The notes under the pieces are model-generated. The model was not told the DNA's origin. It saw only the letters and a list, made by a program, of their open reading frames with translations, and searched no databases. From NCBI RefSeq assembly GCF_009914755.1, contig NC_060925.1: 64,000 bases of DNA. One strand, 5' to 3'. Each line of letters starts with the position of its first letter. The stretch's first letter is position 1. Positions 49,600 through 62,539 of this stretch are shown in pieces. The stretch is from the human T2T-CHM13v2.0 reference genome, Homo sapiens. Both the position numbers and the translations under genes were made by a program.

Positions 49600-52500
49600 T
49601 TTTTTATTTATTTTTATTTAACTTTTATTTTAGGTTCAGGGACACATGTGCAACTTTGTTGTATAGGCAAATTGTGTTTCATAGGGGTTTGGTGTACAGA
49701 TTATTTAGTCACCCGGGTAATAAACATAGTACCCAATAGGTAGTTTTTCTATCCTCACCTTCCTCCCACCCTCCACTCTCAGATAGGTCTGGTGTTTGTT
49801 GTTCCCTTCTTTGTGTCCATGTGTAGTCTATGTTTAGTTCCCACTTATAAGTGAGAACACATGGTATTTGGTTTTCTGTTTCTGCATTAGTTTGCTAAAG
49901 ATAATGGCCTCCAGCTCCATCTGTGTTACTGCAAAGGACATGATCTTCATTTATATGGCTGCATAGTATTCCATGATCCCATAGTTTCTTTATCCTGTCT
50001 ACTAATAATGGGCATCTAGGTTGATCCACATCTTTATATTGTGAATAGTGGTGCAGCGAACATATGTATGCATGTGTCTTTATGGTAGAAGTATTTATGT
50101 TCCTTTGGGTGTATACTCAGCAGCGGGGTTGCTGGATTGAATGGTAATTCTGTTTTAAGTTCTTTGAGAAACTGCCAAACACCTTTCCTCCGTGGCTGAG
50201 CTAATTTACACTTCCTCCAGCAGTGTATAAGCATTCTATTTTATCCATAGCCTTGCCAGCATCTGCTATTTTTGACTTTTTGATAATAGCCATTCTGACT
50301 GGTATGAGATGGTATTTTATTGTGATTTTGATTTGTATTTCTCTAATAATTAGTGATGTTGAGCATTTGTCATATGTGTGTTGGCTGCATGTATATCTTC
50401 ATGTGACCAGTATAAGATGGGTCTGTTTGTCTTTACTCACATTGTAATGGGATTATTTATTTTTATTTTAGGTTCAGGGACATATATATGCAACTTTGTT
50501 AAGGTCTTAGATTTACTTTTTGCTACTTAATATGTTTAAGTTCCTTATAGATTCTGAATATTGGACCTTGTTGAATGCATAGTTTGAAAATATTTCTCCT
50601 ATTCTGTAGGTTGTCTATTTACTCTGTTGATAGTCTATCTGCTGTGTAGGAGCTCTTCCATTGGTCAATTATTGATTTTGTTGCAATCACTTTTGTTGTC
50701 TTCATCATGAAATCTTTGCCAGGGCCTATGTCCATAATGGTATTTCCTAGGTTATCTTCCAGGGTTTTTACACTTAGTGGTTTTACATTTAAGTCCTTCA
50801 TCCATTTTTGGTTAATTTTTCTATATGGTGTATGGAAGGGGTCCAGTTTCAGTCTTCTGCATATGCTAGCCAGTTATCCAAGCACCAGTTACTGAATAGG
50901 GAGTTCTTTCCCTATTGCTTGTTTTTGTCAGGTTTGTTGCAGGTAAGATGGTTGTAGATATGCAGCATTATTTCTGAGCTCTCTATTCTGTTCCATTTGT
51001 CTACATGTCTGTTTTTGTGTCGGTACCACACTGTTTTGGTTACTGTAGCTTTGTTTGAAATTGGGTAAAGTGATGCCTCTGGCTTTGTTCTTTTTGCTTA
51101 GGTTTGTCTTAGCTATGCAGGCTCATTTGTGATTTCATATGTGTTTAATTTTTTTTTTTTTTTTTGCTAACTCTGTTAAGAATGTCATTGGTAGTTTGAG
51201 AGAAATGGTATTGAATGTGTGAATTCCTTTGGGTAGCATGGCTATTTTAACAAGGTTGACTCTTCCTATCCATGAGCATGGAAGGTTTTTCCATTTGTTC
51301 GTGTCATCTCTGATTTCTTTCAGCAATGTTTTGTATTTCCTGTTGCAGAGACTTTTCACCTCCCTGGTTAATTGTAGTTCTAGGTATTTTATTCTTTTTG
51401 TGACTATTGTTAATAAATTGCATTCTTGATTTGGCTCTCAGCTTGGATGTTGTTGGTATATAGAAAGGCTAAATTTTATTGTATGTTGATTTTTATCCTG
51501 AAAGTTTGCTGAAGTTATCAGATCTAGGAGATTTTTGGAAGAGACTATAGGGTTTCCTAGGTATAAGATCATATTGTCTGCAAACAGAGACAGTTGGACT
51601 TCCTCCTTCCCTGTTTGGATGCCTTTTATTTTTCTATTCTTGCCTGACTGCTATGAATACAACGTCCAATACTATGTTGAATGGAAATGGTGAGAGTGGT
51701 CATCCTTGTCTTGCTCCTGTTCTCAAAGGGAATTCTTCCAGATTTTCCTTATTGAGTATGATGTTGGCTGTGGGTTTGTCATTGATGGCTCTTAAGTTTA
51801 TGTGATGAATTACATTTACTGATCAGCCTATGTTGAACCAACCTTGCATTCTGGGGATAAGGCCCACTTAATTGTGGTGGATTAGCTTTTTGTTTTGCTG
51901 CTGAATCTGCTTTGTAATTTGGTGAGGATTTTTGCATCAAAGTTCATCAAGGATTTTATCCTGAAGTTTTCTTCTTTGTTGTGTCTCTGCCAGCATTTGA
52001 TATCAGGGTGATTCTAGCCTCATAGAATAAGTTAGGAAGGAAGCCCTCTTCTCAATTTTTTTGGAATAGTTTTCGTAGGAGTGGTACCAGCTGTTCTTTA
52101 TACAATTTAGTAGAATTTGGCTGTGAATCCCTCTGGTCTTGGGCTTTTTCTGGTTGGTAGGCTTTTTATTATTGATTCAATTTTGGAACTTATTATTGGT
52201 CTACTCAGGAATTCAATGTCTTTCTGGTTCAATTTTAGGAGGTTGTATGCTTCCAAGAATTTATTCATTCCTTCTAGGTTTTCTAGTGTGTGTGCATAGA
52301 GGTCTTCATAGTAGCCTGACAGTTTTTTGAATTTCTGTGAGGTTAGTGGTAATGTCTTCTTTGTCATTTCTGATTATATTCATTTGGATCTTCTCTTTTG
52401 TTATCTTTATTTGTTTAGCTAGTAACCTATCTATCTTATTTTATTCTTTCAAATAACAATCTCCTGGAATCATTGAGCTTTTGTATGGTTTTTCTCATCT

Positions 52501-54165
52501 TAATTTCCTTCAGTTCAGCTCTGATTTTAGTTATTACTTTTATGCTAGCTTTGAGGTTGGTTTGCTCTTATTTCTTTAGTTCTTCTATGGTGATGTTAGA
52601 TTGTCCATTTGAGAACTTTCTAACTTTTTGATGTGTGCATTTAGTGCTAACACTTTCTTTTATCACTGCTTTAGTGGTGTCCCAGAGATTCTGGTATGTT
52701 GTATCTTTGTTTTCACTAGTTTCAAATAATTTCTTGATTTTTGCTATAATTTTATTGTTTACCTCAAAATTCATTCAGGAGCTGGATAATTTTCATGAAA
52801 TTGTAAGCTTTGGCATGATTTCCTTAGTGCTTATTCCTATTTTTATTGTGCTATGGTCTGAGGGGTGGTTGGTGTGATTTTGATGTTTTGAATTGATTGT
52901 CTAAAGGCTGATTGTGTGGTTGATTTTAGCGTATATGCCATGTGCAGAGCAGAAGAATGTATATTCTGTTGTTTTGTGTTGGAGAGTTTTGGAGACATCT
53001 ATTATATCCATTTTTTCAAGTGCTGAGTTGAATACCTGAATATCTTTGTGGGTTTTCTGCCTGGATGATCTGTCTAATACTTCCAGTGAGGTTTGACACC
53101 TCCCCCAATTATTGCATGGTCATCTAAGTCTCTTTGTAAATCTCTAAGATCTTGTTTTATAAATTTGTGTATCCTTGTGTTGTGTACATATATATTTAGG
53201 ACAGTTATGTCTTCTCTTGAATTAAACTCTTTACCATTATGTAATGGCCCAAATCCTTTGTTCTTTCTGACAGTTGTTGACATACAGTCTATTTTGTTTG
53301 AAAGTAGAACAGCAATCCCTGCTTTTTTCTGCTTTCTGTTTGTGTATTAGGCCATTCATGAATTGCTATTAAAAAAGACTAGAGACTTGGTAATTTATAA
53401 AGAAAAGGGGTTTGGTTGGATCATGGTTCTGTGGGCTTTATAGGAATTGTGCTACTGGCATCCTCTTGGATTCTCAGGAGCCTCAGAAAGCTTACAGTCA
53501 TGGAGGAAGGCAAATGGGGAGCAGGCACATTGCATCATGAAGTGGGATTAAGAGAGATAGAGTATGTGGAGGGAGGTGCCACACACTTTTACATGACCAG
53601 TTCTTTTGAGAACTTACTATCACAAAGTCAGCAGTAAGCCATGAGAGGGATCTGCCCCAATGATCCAGACACCTCCCACCAGGCCCCATTTTCAGTGTGA
53701 GATATTATAATTCAACATGAGTTTTGGGCAGGGATAAATATACACACTATATCAATTAGCTTTGCAGATTGTTCTCTATTCCTTTACTTTTAAGCTGTGG
53801 GTGTCATTGTATGTGAGATGAGTCTCCTGAAGACAGCATACAGAAATGTCTTGCTTCTTTATCCAATTGCCACTCTGTGCTTTTTAATTAGGGCAGTTAG
53901 CCTGTTTACATTCAAGGTTAATATTGATATATGCAGATTTGCTCCTGTCATATAGTTAGCTAGTTACTACGCAGACTTGATTGTGTGGATGCTTTATAGT
54001 GCCAATGGTGTATGCACTGAAGCACATTTTTGTGGTAGCCAGTAACAGTTTTTGTTTCCATATTTAAGAACCTCTTGTAAGGCAGGTTTGGTGGTAATGA
54101 ATTCTCTGTGCACTTGCTTGTCTTAAAATGATCTTATTTCTCCTTTGAGTATAAAATTCTTTATT

Positions 54166-54201
<36 letters not shown>

Positions 54202-55390
54202 TAAGAATGCTGAGTATAAGCCTCAGTCTCTTCAGGCTTGTAGGGTTTCTGCTGAAAGGTCCTACTATTAGTCTGACAGAGTTCCCTTTGTAGGTGACCT
54301 GCTGCTTCTCTCTAGCTGCCTTTTAACATTTTTTCTCTCATTTTGACCATGGAGAAACTGATGACTATGTGTCATGAGGATGGTCATCTTGTATAGTATC
54401 TTGTAGGGGTTCTCTCCATTTCCTGAATTTGAATGTTGGCCTCACTAGTGATGTTGGGAAAATTTTCATAGACAGTAGCCTCATCTATGTTTTCCAACTT
54501 GCTTTCTTGCTCTCCCTCTCCTTCAGGGATACCAATGAGTTATAGATTTGGTCTCTTTGAATGATCTCATATTTCTCAGAGGTTTTGTTTACTCCTGTTT
54601 TTGTTTTTTTTTTCTTTACTTTTGTGTGACTGAATTATTTCAGAGAACTGGTAATCAAGCTCTGTGATTCTTTCCTGAATTTGGTCAATTCTGCTGTTAA
54701 AGCCTGTGATGGTATTATTGAATTCTTCAAGTAATTTTCTCAGGTCTGTTAGATCAGTTTGTTTCTTTCTTTAAGTTGTCATTTCATCTTTCCTCTCCTG
54801 TATTGTTTTATTGTCTTCCTTTGATTCCTTGGATTGAGCTTCAACTTTCTCTTGGATTTTGGTGATCTTCATTCCTATCTATATTTTGAAATCTATTTCT
54901 GTCACTTCAGGCTTGCTAAGAACCACTTCTGGGAACTAATGCAGTTGTTCAGAGGTGAGAAGACATTCTGGCTTTTTGAGTTGCCAGAGTTCTTGCACTG
55001 GTTCTTTCTCATCTGTCTAGGCTGAGGTTCCTTCAATCTTTGAAGTTATTATAATTTTCACTTGCTTATATCTATCTTATTTTATGTCCTTGTGGGTTTG
55101 ATTGTGGTTTAAGGTGCGTTTAGTTGAGTAGCTTCATTTCTGGAATATTTTAGTTGACCAAAGATCATCTCAGCATTCCTGTGCTACATGTTCTAACACT
55201 GAGGACTAGTACCAGGGCCCCAGTTTTGCTCTCTGGCCCTCTAAGTTTAGCAACCAGCTGCGATGAAGGGGCTGTGGTGTTCCTGGTCCACTGGGCACAA
55301 CATTGCAATGGGTGGTGCTAAAAAGCTGAAGCACTTTGTCAGGGTAGTGGCAGTGGGATCCATGATCACTTGTGTGTGCCAGCAGCTATG
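49600..55390 (-). mobile_element. Long L1PA13-16/L1PB-like element (3' UTR, ORF2, ORF1, part of the 5' region), interrupted by an MST LTR
   Basis: ttttaggttcagggacacatgtgca 3' end; successive minus ORF2 fragments ([23 protein letters not shown]); flanked by L1MC-type sequence from about 48880. Confidence 0.9.
53343..53754 (-). mobile_element. MSTA/MSTB-type MaLR solo LTR
   Basis: tgtattaggccattc...ggtaatttataaagaaaag...acctcccaccaggcccc...cactatatca. Confidence 0.88.
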
Positions 55391-57905
55391 GCTTAAAAAA
55401 TTATTTTTATGAAGCAAATTTTACTCTCTACAGTATACAGTTTAATGCTTTTTGGCAAAATCATAAAGTCATATTTCTATCACCACAGTTCTAGACAGAA
55501 GAGTTCAATTATTATGTCATTATTATAAAATTCTGCTTGGTAAAATCCTTCTCACTGAATGAGAATAGCATATTTTAATTTAGTCATTACAATATGTTGT
55601 TCACTGAACAATTCTTGAATTAGCAAAAATTCATCTAGAATATGGTCACCCGTAGATTGTCAATTTGATATTTCAAATGCATACTCAATTTCTCCATCAT
55701 TATTAAAGTCTGGAGATCTGTATCATTCATCTTCTGATTTATTTACAGATTGTGAAATATCTTCCTGTGTCAATATGTTTATATTATGAATGGAGAGTGA
55801 AAGCTTTGTTTTTTTAACCCTTTAACTTTCAGTAGATAATCTTACATTTAGATAAAAAATGAAAACATATGAACCTGTTAGTTTGCACATATCGTGTAAT
55901 ATATCTTTAAGGAACATGCAAGTAACAGATAACATTGATTCTCATCAGGGAGAAATGAGTGGTTAGATAGAGGAAAATTTTCACTTTTTAAATCTCCTTG
56001 AATATTATGGATTGTTATCATAGGAACATATAGCCTTCTCAAAGTGAAAATCTATACAATAAAAGCCATTATATTTATTTTTAAAGGAAAACATTTGAAG
56101 GAAATCTTAAGACAAAATTATGACACTATTGGGTTTCAGATTCCTTTTTTGGAATTTTGTAGATATGGCACCATTGAATATTATAAAGAAGTTTAAAATC
56201 AGCCTGATTTTTTTCCTGATGGGTGACTTTATCTTTTGATTTCATGTCCAATGGATTCTCTCCTTATCTTTGAAGTTTCATAACTTTATTATGCCCTATC
56301 TTGATGTTGCTGTTTCTGGGTCAGTATTTCCTGGGACACAGTGTACCATTTTGAACAATGTGCAAGCTGTTCTAGTTAGGATTCAGACTTTAACAGAGAA
56401 ATCCTAAGGTACTGTGGTCAAAGGAAGATTGAGGTTTAATTCTATTTCAAATATCAGTACGTAGAAAATATGTAAGTTAATTTTCAGAAGGTCACCTAAG
56501 CACCAGGTCCCTTCGATATTATTGTTCTGGGATCTCTTAAAATACTGAAGCTGGCTGAATTTTATATCTGTATTCCAGTCTACAGGAAGGGGAGGAAAGC
56601 AGTCTTTCTTTTTTTGTAAGTAACGTATTTCCATGACAATGATTTTAGTTATTTGTCCACACTAAGTCACAAGAGAAGCTGGGAAATGTAGTTTCTGGAT
56701 GAGTAGTCATGGTCCCAGTAAAATACCAGTTAATGTTTATGCTGACTCTCATTTGCTAACCTTCCATTTTTATTGCTTTTTAAAAATTTTTGTTTACTTA
56801 TTTTTGTTTTTTGTAATTCTGTATTTTATGATGATTACTATACCATCTGTCTCCTCTACTTAAAAGTAGACCTTATATTTATAATAGTTTCATATTCTCT
56901 ATGTTCCACATACTCTGCTTCCGGCTAAGTGTCAAATATTTTCCTACTGTCCAAAAGAGGACTGTTGGTTGTACTCCTAGGTGTGTGATACTCACTTATT
57001 TTGATCAGGTGAGTGCCATTGAATTTTGAATGATACCTATGATTATTAGCATCCTCTATTAGCCTTTTTTCACATCCTTCTTTGGAGATCACTGCATACA
57101 GCACTCCCTCTTACATATTGTGTTTCAGGTTATAGATGTCTCCTCATTTTTTTTCAAATGGTATATTCAACAGTGTTTTAAATTTTTCTCATTAGCAATA
57201 TTATGCTATTGAAGAAGAGAAAGTCCAGTGATGTATTACTATGCCATTTTAAATCTGAAGATTTTATACTCTACATGTTTGTTTAGTTCTCATATGTTTA
57301 ATAATCTACTATACAATTTTACAAGATATTATAATATAGCTAAACTGACTCTAGTTTTAAGAAGCATTTAAGTGTTATGAAAGTGAATGCAGGAACAAAG
57401 GTTTACAATATTTTACTGTATAAAATATTTGTTAAAGATATACCTAAGTCTGTTGACAATTTAAGTTTGACATAGTATTAAATGGTGTCCCGAAAAATCA
57501 CTCTAGATAGCATAAGAAGCAAAAAGGAATAGGGTTGAGAATTTCTCACTTTAATTTAAAGTACTTGTTAATATTACATGATTGAATTTGTTGAGTAAAA
57601 TGGCAATTAGTATCAGAATAAAATTATTTGAAAAGGAAGTTTTATGGGTGTATGCAATGGCAAAATTAGTAACTGAAATTTATAATTTTGACATAAGGAG
57701 TAGTTTGTAAGTACCTTTCAGAAGTAAGTTTTGGACAAAATTAAATCAGGTAGTTCTGAGAATTTAAGAAAACAATGAGATTTTGTGAAATACCCACATA
57801 TATGACACTGGAAATCTAGTAAATATATCGGAGTGAGAATTAATGATATGCAGTCTCTTTCTTTAGTCTAAAAGTTCTCTATGATACCCTCATAATTGTT
57901 GTTAC

Positions 57906-58022
57906 CGTTTTCCTTGAGGAAGTATCTTTTACCATTTTATCATTGACAAACAAAAAAATTAATGAATGTAACTCAAGGTCATTTTCAGAGACTCAAGGAA
58001 AAAATAAGTTTATTTCTTTTTC
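57906..58022 (-). pseudogene. Gene B candidate exon (3' boundary uncertain)
   Basis: cattaatactgtag| EKEINLFFP*VSENDLELHSLIFLFVNDKMVKDTSSRKT |gtaaca; phase 0 fits the 58135 donor. Confidence 0.4.
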
Positions 58023-58134
58023 CTACAGTATTAATGAAATTACTGCAGCATTATACCTTGGCAATGATTTTTTTTAATTCTGGGAAAAATTTTTGGTAAC
58101 ATACTACAGTTAAAGGTAAACTGGCAGATGTTAC

Positions 58135-58268
58135 CTGGTTATCCAAGAATAGCTACTCATGTACTCTGAATTAATGCTTAACTTTCTTCTGGAGCTTTTC
58201 AACAATGCTTATATTATCTGAACAGTGAGCCGTGGGTTGTGGAGCTTACCTACGTTATAATGCAGAAC
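58135..58268 (-). pseudogene. Gene B candidate exon (134 nt)
   Basis: aattttttaacag| ... CAG|gtaaca; phase 1 to 0 frame SAL*RR*APQPTAHCSDNISIVEKLQKKVKH*FRVHE*LFLDNQ; an alternative frame has a single stop. Confidence 0.48.
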
Positions 58269-58286
58269 CTGTTAAAAAATTATCCC

Positions 58287-58908
58287 TGTCAGAGGCATCT
58301 GAAGCAGAGCAACTTCATCTTGAATAGGGGCTAGGTAAAATAAGGCTGAGACTTGCTGGGATGCATTCCCAGGAGGTTAGGCATTCTCAGTCGCAGAATG
58401 ACATAGGATGTTGCACAGGATACAGATCATAAAGACCTTACTGATAAAAGAGTTTGCAGTAAAGAAGCTGGCCAAAACCCACCAAAACCAAGATGGTGAC
58501 CAGAGTGACCTCTGGTTGTTCTTACTGCTCATTATACACTAATTATAATGCATTAGCATGCTAAGAGGCACACCCACCAGCACCATGGCAATTTACAAAT
58601 GCCATGGCAATGTCAGGAAGGCATCCCATATGGTCTAAAAAGGGGAGAAATCCTCAGTTCCTGGAACTGCCCACCCCCTTCATGGAAAGCTCCTGAATAA
58701 TCCACTTCTTGTTTAGTATATAATCAAGAAAAAAAATCATAAAAATGGGCAACCAGCTGCCCTCAGAGTTGCTTTACCTATGGAGTAGCCATTTGTTTAT
58801 TCCTTTACTGTCTTGATACACTTATTTTCACTTTACTCTGAAAAAGTAACTTGCACGAGATCCAAGAATCTCTCTTGGGGTCTGGATTGGAATCCCTTTC
58901 TGGTAACA
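58287..58908 (+). mobile_element. MER41A/B solo LTR (ERV1), complete, 4-bp TSD
   Basis: tgtcagaggc...cagagcaacttcatcttgaataggggct...aataaggctgagac start, ctttctggtaaca end, TSD tccc at 58283-58286 and 58909-58912. Confidence 0.92.
58658..58687 (+). promoter_or_regulatory. Tandem GAS-like (TTCN3GAA, STAT) motifs in MER41
   Basis: TTCCTGGAA at 58658-58666 and TTCATGGAA at 58679-58687; function untested. Confidence 0.5.
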
Positions 58909-58934
58909 TCCCATTGAGTGAACTGAAAAGGACA

Positions 58935-60427
58935 AAGATTTGTTTAAATTCCTTATAAATTCTAGATATGACCTTTGTCAGATGCATAGTTTGTGAATAT
59001 TTTCTCTCATTTTGTAGGTTGTCTGCTTATTTATAGTCTCTTTTGCTGTGCAGAAGCTCTTTAGGTCCCACTTGTCAATTTCTGTTTTTGTTGCAATAGC
59101 TTTTGAGGACTTAGTCATGAATTATTTGACAAGTCTGATATCAACAAATGTATTTCCTAGTTTTCTTCTAGGATGCTTATAGTTTGAGGTCTTACATTTA
59201 AATCTTTAATCCATCTTGAGTTAATTTTTGTATATAGTGAAAGATATAGGTTTAGCTTCATTCTTCTGCATATGGTTAGCAAGTTTTCCCTGCACTATTT
59301 TTTGAATGGAGAGTCCTTTCCCCATTGCTTGGTTTTGTCAGCCTTGTCGAAGATAAGATTGTCCTAGGTATGTGGCTTTATTTCAGAGATTTTTATTCTG
59401 TTGTATTGGTGTATATGTCCATTTTTATACCAATACAATGCTGTTTTGGTAACTGCAGCCTTATAGTATATTTTGATGTAGAGAAGTGTGATACTTATGG
59501 CTTTGTTCTTTTTGTTTAGGATTTCGTTGGCTCAAATCAACCAGCAAAAAACCAAATAACTCCTTTAACGATGGGCAAAGGACATAAACAGACATTTCTC
59601 AAAAGAAGACATCCAAGTGTCCAAAAAACATTAAAAATGCTCAGTATCACTAATCATCGGAGAAATACATATGAAAACCGCAATGAGATACCATCTCACA
59701 CCAGTCAGAATGGCTATTATAAAAAAGTTAAAAGACAACAGATGCTGCCAATGCTGCTAAAAAAAAAAAAAAAAAAAAAAAGAATGCTTATACCCTGTTG
59801 GTGGAAATGAAAATTAGTCTAGCCACTGTGAAAAGCAGTTTGGAGATTTCTCAAAGGACTTAAAACAGAGCAACCATTCAACCCAGCAATCCCATTACTG
59901 TGTATACCCAAAGGGAAATATATTATTATATCAAAAAGACACATGTACTTGTATGTTCATTGCCATGCTATTCACAATAGCAAGGAGATGGAATCAACCC
60001 AGTTTCACAATAGTAATGACATGGAATCAACCTAGGTTCCCATCAATGGTGGACTGGATAAAGAAAATTTGGTACATACATACCACCGAATAGTATGCAT
60101 CCATAAAAAATGATGAAATCATGTCCTTTGCAGCAACATTGATAGAGCCTGAGGTCATAATCTTAAGTGAATTAACCCAGGAACAGAAAACCAAATGCCA
60201 CATTGTCTGACTTTTAAGTGAGAGCTACATTGAGCACATATGAACATAAAACATGGGAAAAATAGGTATGTAGACTACTAAAGGCAGAAGGGAATGAGGG
60301 AGCAGTGGATGGAAAAACAACCTTGGGGGCACTAGCCTTACTACCTAGGTGCAAAACACCCATGTAACAAGCCTGCTTATGTATCCTGTATCTAAAATAA
60401 AAATTGCTTTTTTTTTAAAAAAAAAAA
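58935..60427 (+). mobile_element. L1PB-like element with 5' inversion (minus 58935-59532, plus 59533-60427)
   Basis: Two consensus-adjacent ORF2 pieces in opposite orientation, poly-A, degenerate TSD aaaaggacaaaga / aaaaggagaatga. Confidence 0.85.
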
Positions 60428-60454
60428 GGAGAATGAGAAGCAAAAGGTAAATAG

Positions 60455-60720
60455 AGAGTGATCATTAAGAGTATAAACTCTGAGACCTACCAACCCAATT
60501 TCAAATTCAATGCTGCTATTAGCTTAGGAAAGTTATCTAATCTCTATTCTTCAGTTTACTCATCCCAATTTGGCAGCTGTTGGCAATGCTTTCTTCCTCA
60601 AAGAGTTATAATTAGAATTACAAAAGTTAATATACAAAAGTACTTAGTACTAATACCAAAGTACTTAGAATAGTACTTGGTATATTGTACCAGATATTTT
60701 TTGTCATTATTATCTACTAT
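60455..60720 (+). mobile_element. MIR
   Basis: gtgatcattaagagtataaactctg...cttaggaaagttatctaatctctattcttcagtttactcatc. Confidence 0.7.
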
Positions 60721-61128
60721 GTGTCCTATTTATTTAATGTACTATGTAGACCAAATCAAACCCGTGAAACTTTGGAATGAGAATATGCTAGTATACTAAT
60801 AATAAAAACTATTATGTGTGTATATACATATATGTCTGTGTCTGTCTGCATATATATATATATATATATATATATACATGCACACACTTATAGAAATAAG
60901 GAACAGAATGCCACTCTTATAAAATAAATTTAAAATTTATATTCAATCATATTTTTTTCCATAGGTATAAAATCCTAGAACTAATAATAGCATTTAAAAA
61001 AAACATGGAGGGAATGTGTTAATAGAATAGATAGATTTCTATTCAGTTTTTAAAAAATTAATTTGAAAACATTTTTATAGGTTAGAAAAAAAGTAGAGGA
61101 ATTATTTTGTCTTTCAATTCAAACACAC

Positions 61129-61760
61129 CTATTACTTTCTTAAATTTTGAGATTACATGCATTTTATTTAGTCAAAACTCTCAAACAAAATCTTCACAGA
61201 AAAATGCTAAATAAATCAAACATTTCTGAATTAACCACCAATAGTACATGTTTTTGCTTACCAGTAACAAAAATGAGAAATAACAATAGTTCAAAAGAAG
61301 GAGGAGGTTTTCTTTTTCTTTTTCCAATAAAGAATTAGTTTAGTAGAGGGCAACCAAGAACTAGATTTTATACTCCTTTCTTTCTGTTTATCTTTTCTTA
61401 GCAGGTGACTCCCGCCTAAAAATCATTTCATTATGCCAGAGACCTGCCAAAGTTCTATCCAACATGTCCATGGTACAGATATACTGTAGACAGAAATGGA
61501 GACAAGACAAAAGGGCTTCTATGATGTCAGGCTCCTAATAAGAGGCTTTCCCATAACTTCTAAACCAAAACTTCACATGCATTTCATTGACCTCCTTTAG
61601 TTTTACAGGAGGCTGGAAACGTTATTATTTAGATAGGCCTATTTTCATGCAAAATAAAAATCAGTTACATGTCTTTTTCTCCACGCATCTGATACTGTCT
61701 TGAAAGAAACACCTCCCATGGCATCTGTCCAGAAAATGTTCTCCTGATACCACACACTGC
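61129..61760 (-). pseudogene. Gene B heavily decayed exon(s); alternative internal sites at 61484 (acceptor) and 61262 (donor)
   Basis: catattcaccacag| SVWYQENIFWTDAMGGVSF / ...PPVKLKEVNEMHVKFW... / KRKRKPPPSFELLLFLIFVTGKQKHVLLVVNSEMFDLFSIFL* / EF*LNKMHVISKFKKVI G|gtgtgt. Confidence 0.45.
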
Positions 61761-62029
61761 CTGTGGTGAATATGATTTTAATTTTCTATGAGTAATCATA
61801 TATATTTTTACCATCTTTCCTTTAATTTTTTTCAGTTATTGATGTACATGTGTTAGTTTGTGTATTATTGTGCATGATAAATAAAATGCCTAAGAGCTTA
61901 ACTATGTTAGGTAATATAATAAGTCAACTTTTTCCCACAAAATTAGTAAATATTAAGGCAATTAGACATTCAGTATATATTTATTGAATTTGAATTAATC
62001 AACTAATGCTAATGCTTTATATTAAAAAC

Positions 62030-62420
62030 CTGGGATTTTTTTTTCAGTGGCAATACACATTTATTTCTAACTTGAAAGTGAATATATGGGACTGTGTTTT
62101 TATCTGAACAAATTTCCAAGTATATATTAACCAGTTAAGCAATTCTACCATTCCCTTCTCTCCATGATTGAATTTATTTTAGAACAAGTTTTGAGTTCCT
62201 TTTGAATGTGACTGATGTTAGAAGTTTGAATCTAAATAGAGAGCTTTCTTGGAAACAAGGACATGTTTAGTATGTCCTTTATAGTGATGAATATCTTTAA
62301 AAAAACATCTGTCATAAGTTAGCTAAATTATTATATTCCATCTTAGAGAAATGTCATGCTGAGGTAACTTTTTTTAAATGAAGTCATTTCTTAGATATCC
62401 GTGCTGAACTTATTTTCAAT
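62030..62420 (-). pseudogene. Gene B candidate exon
   Basis: About 110-codon frame with 4 stops in AT-rich DNA, including NLF*NKFNHGEKGMVELLNWLIYTWKFVQI; acceptor ttttaaaattttag near 62423; donor not identified. Confidence 0.38.
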
Positions 62421-62539
62421 GACTAAAATTTTAAAAAGTATTCATTCCAGAAATGACCCAAACTCCTTTGAATAAAATTACTAAAATCTCACTAGCTGGG
62501 AACATGCATTCATTTTAAAAATGATCATAAATGTGTGAG

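Noticed and set aside
57715-57755. 41-nt minus-strand exon candidate with a good acceptor and AAG|gtactt
   Set aside because: Stops in all three frames and no convincing phase link upstream; possible but unsupported.
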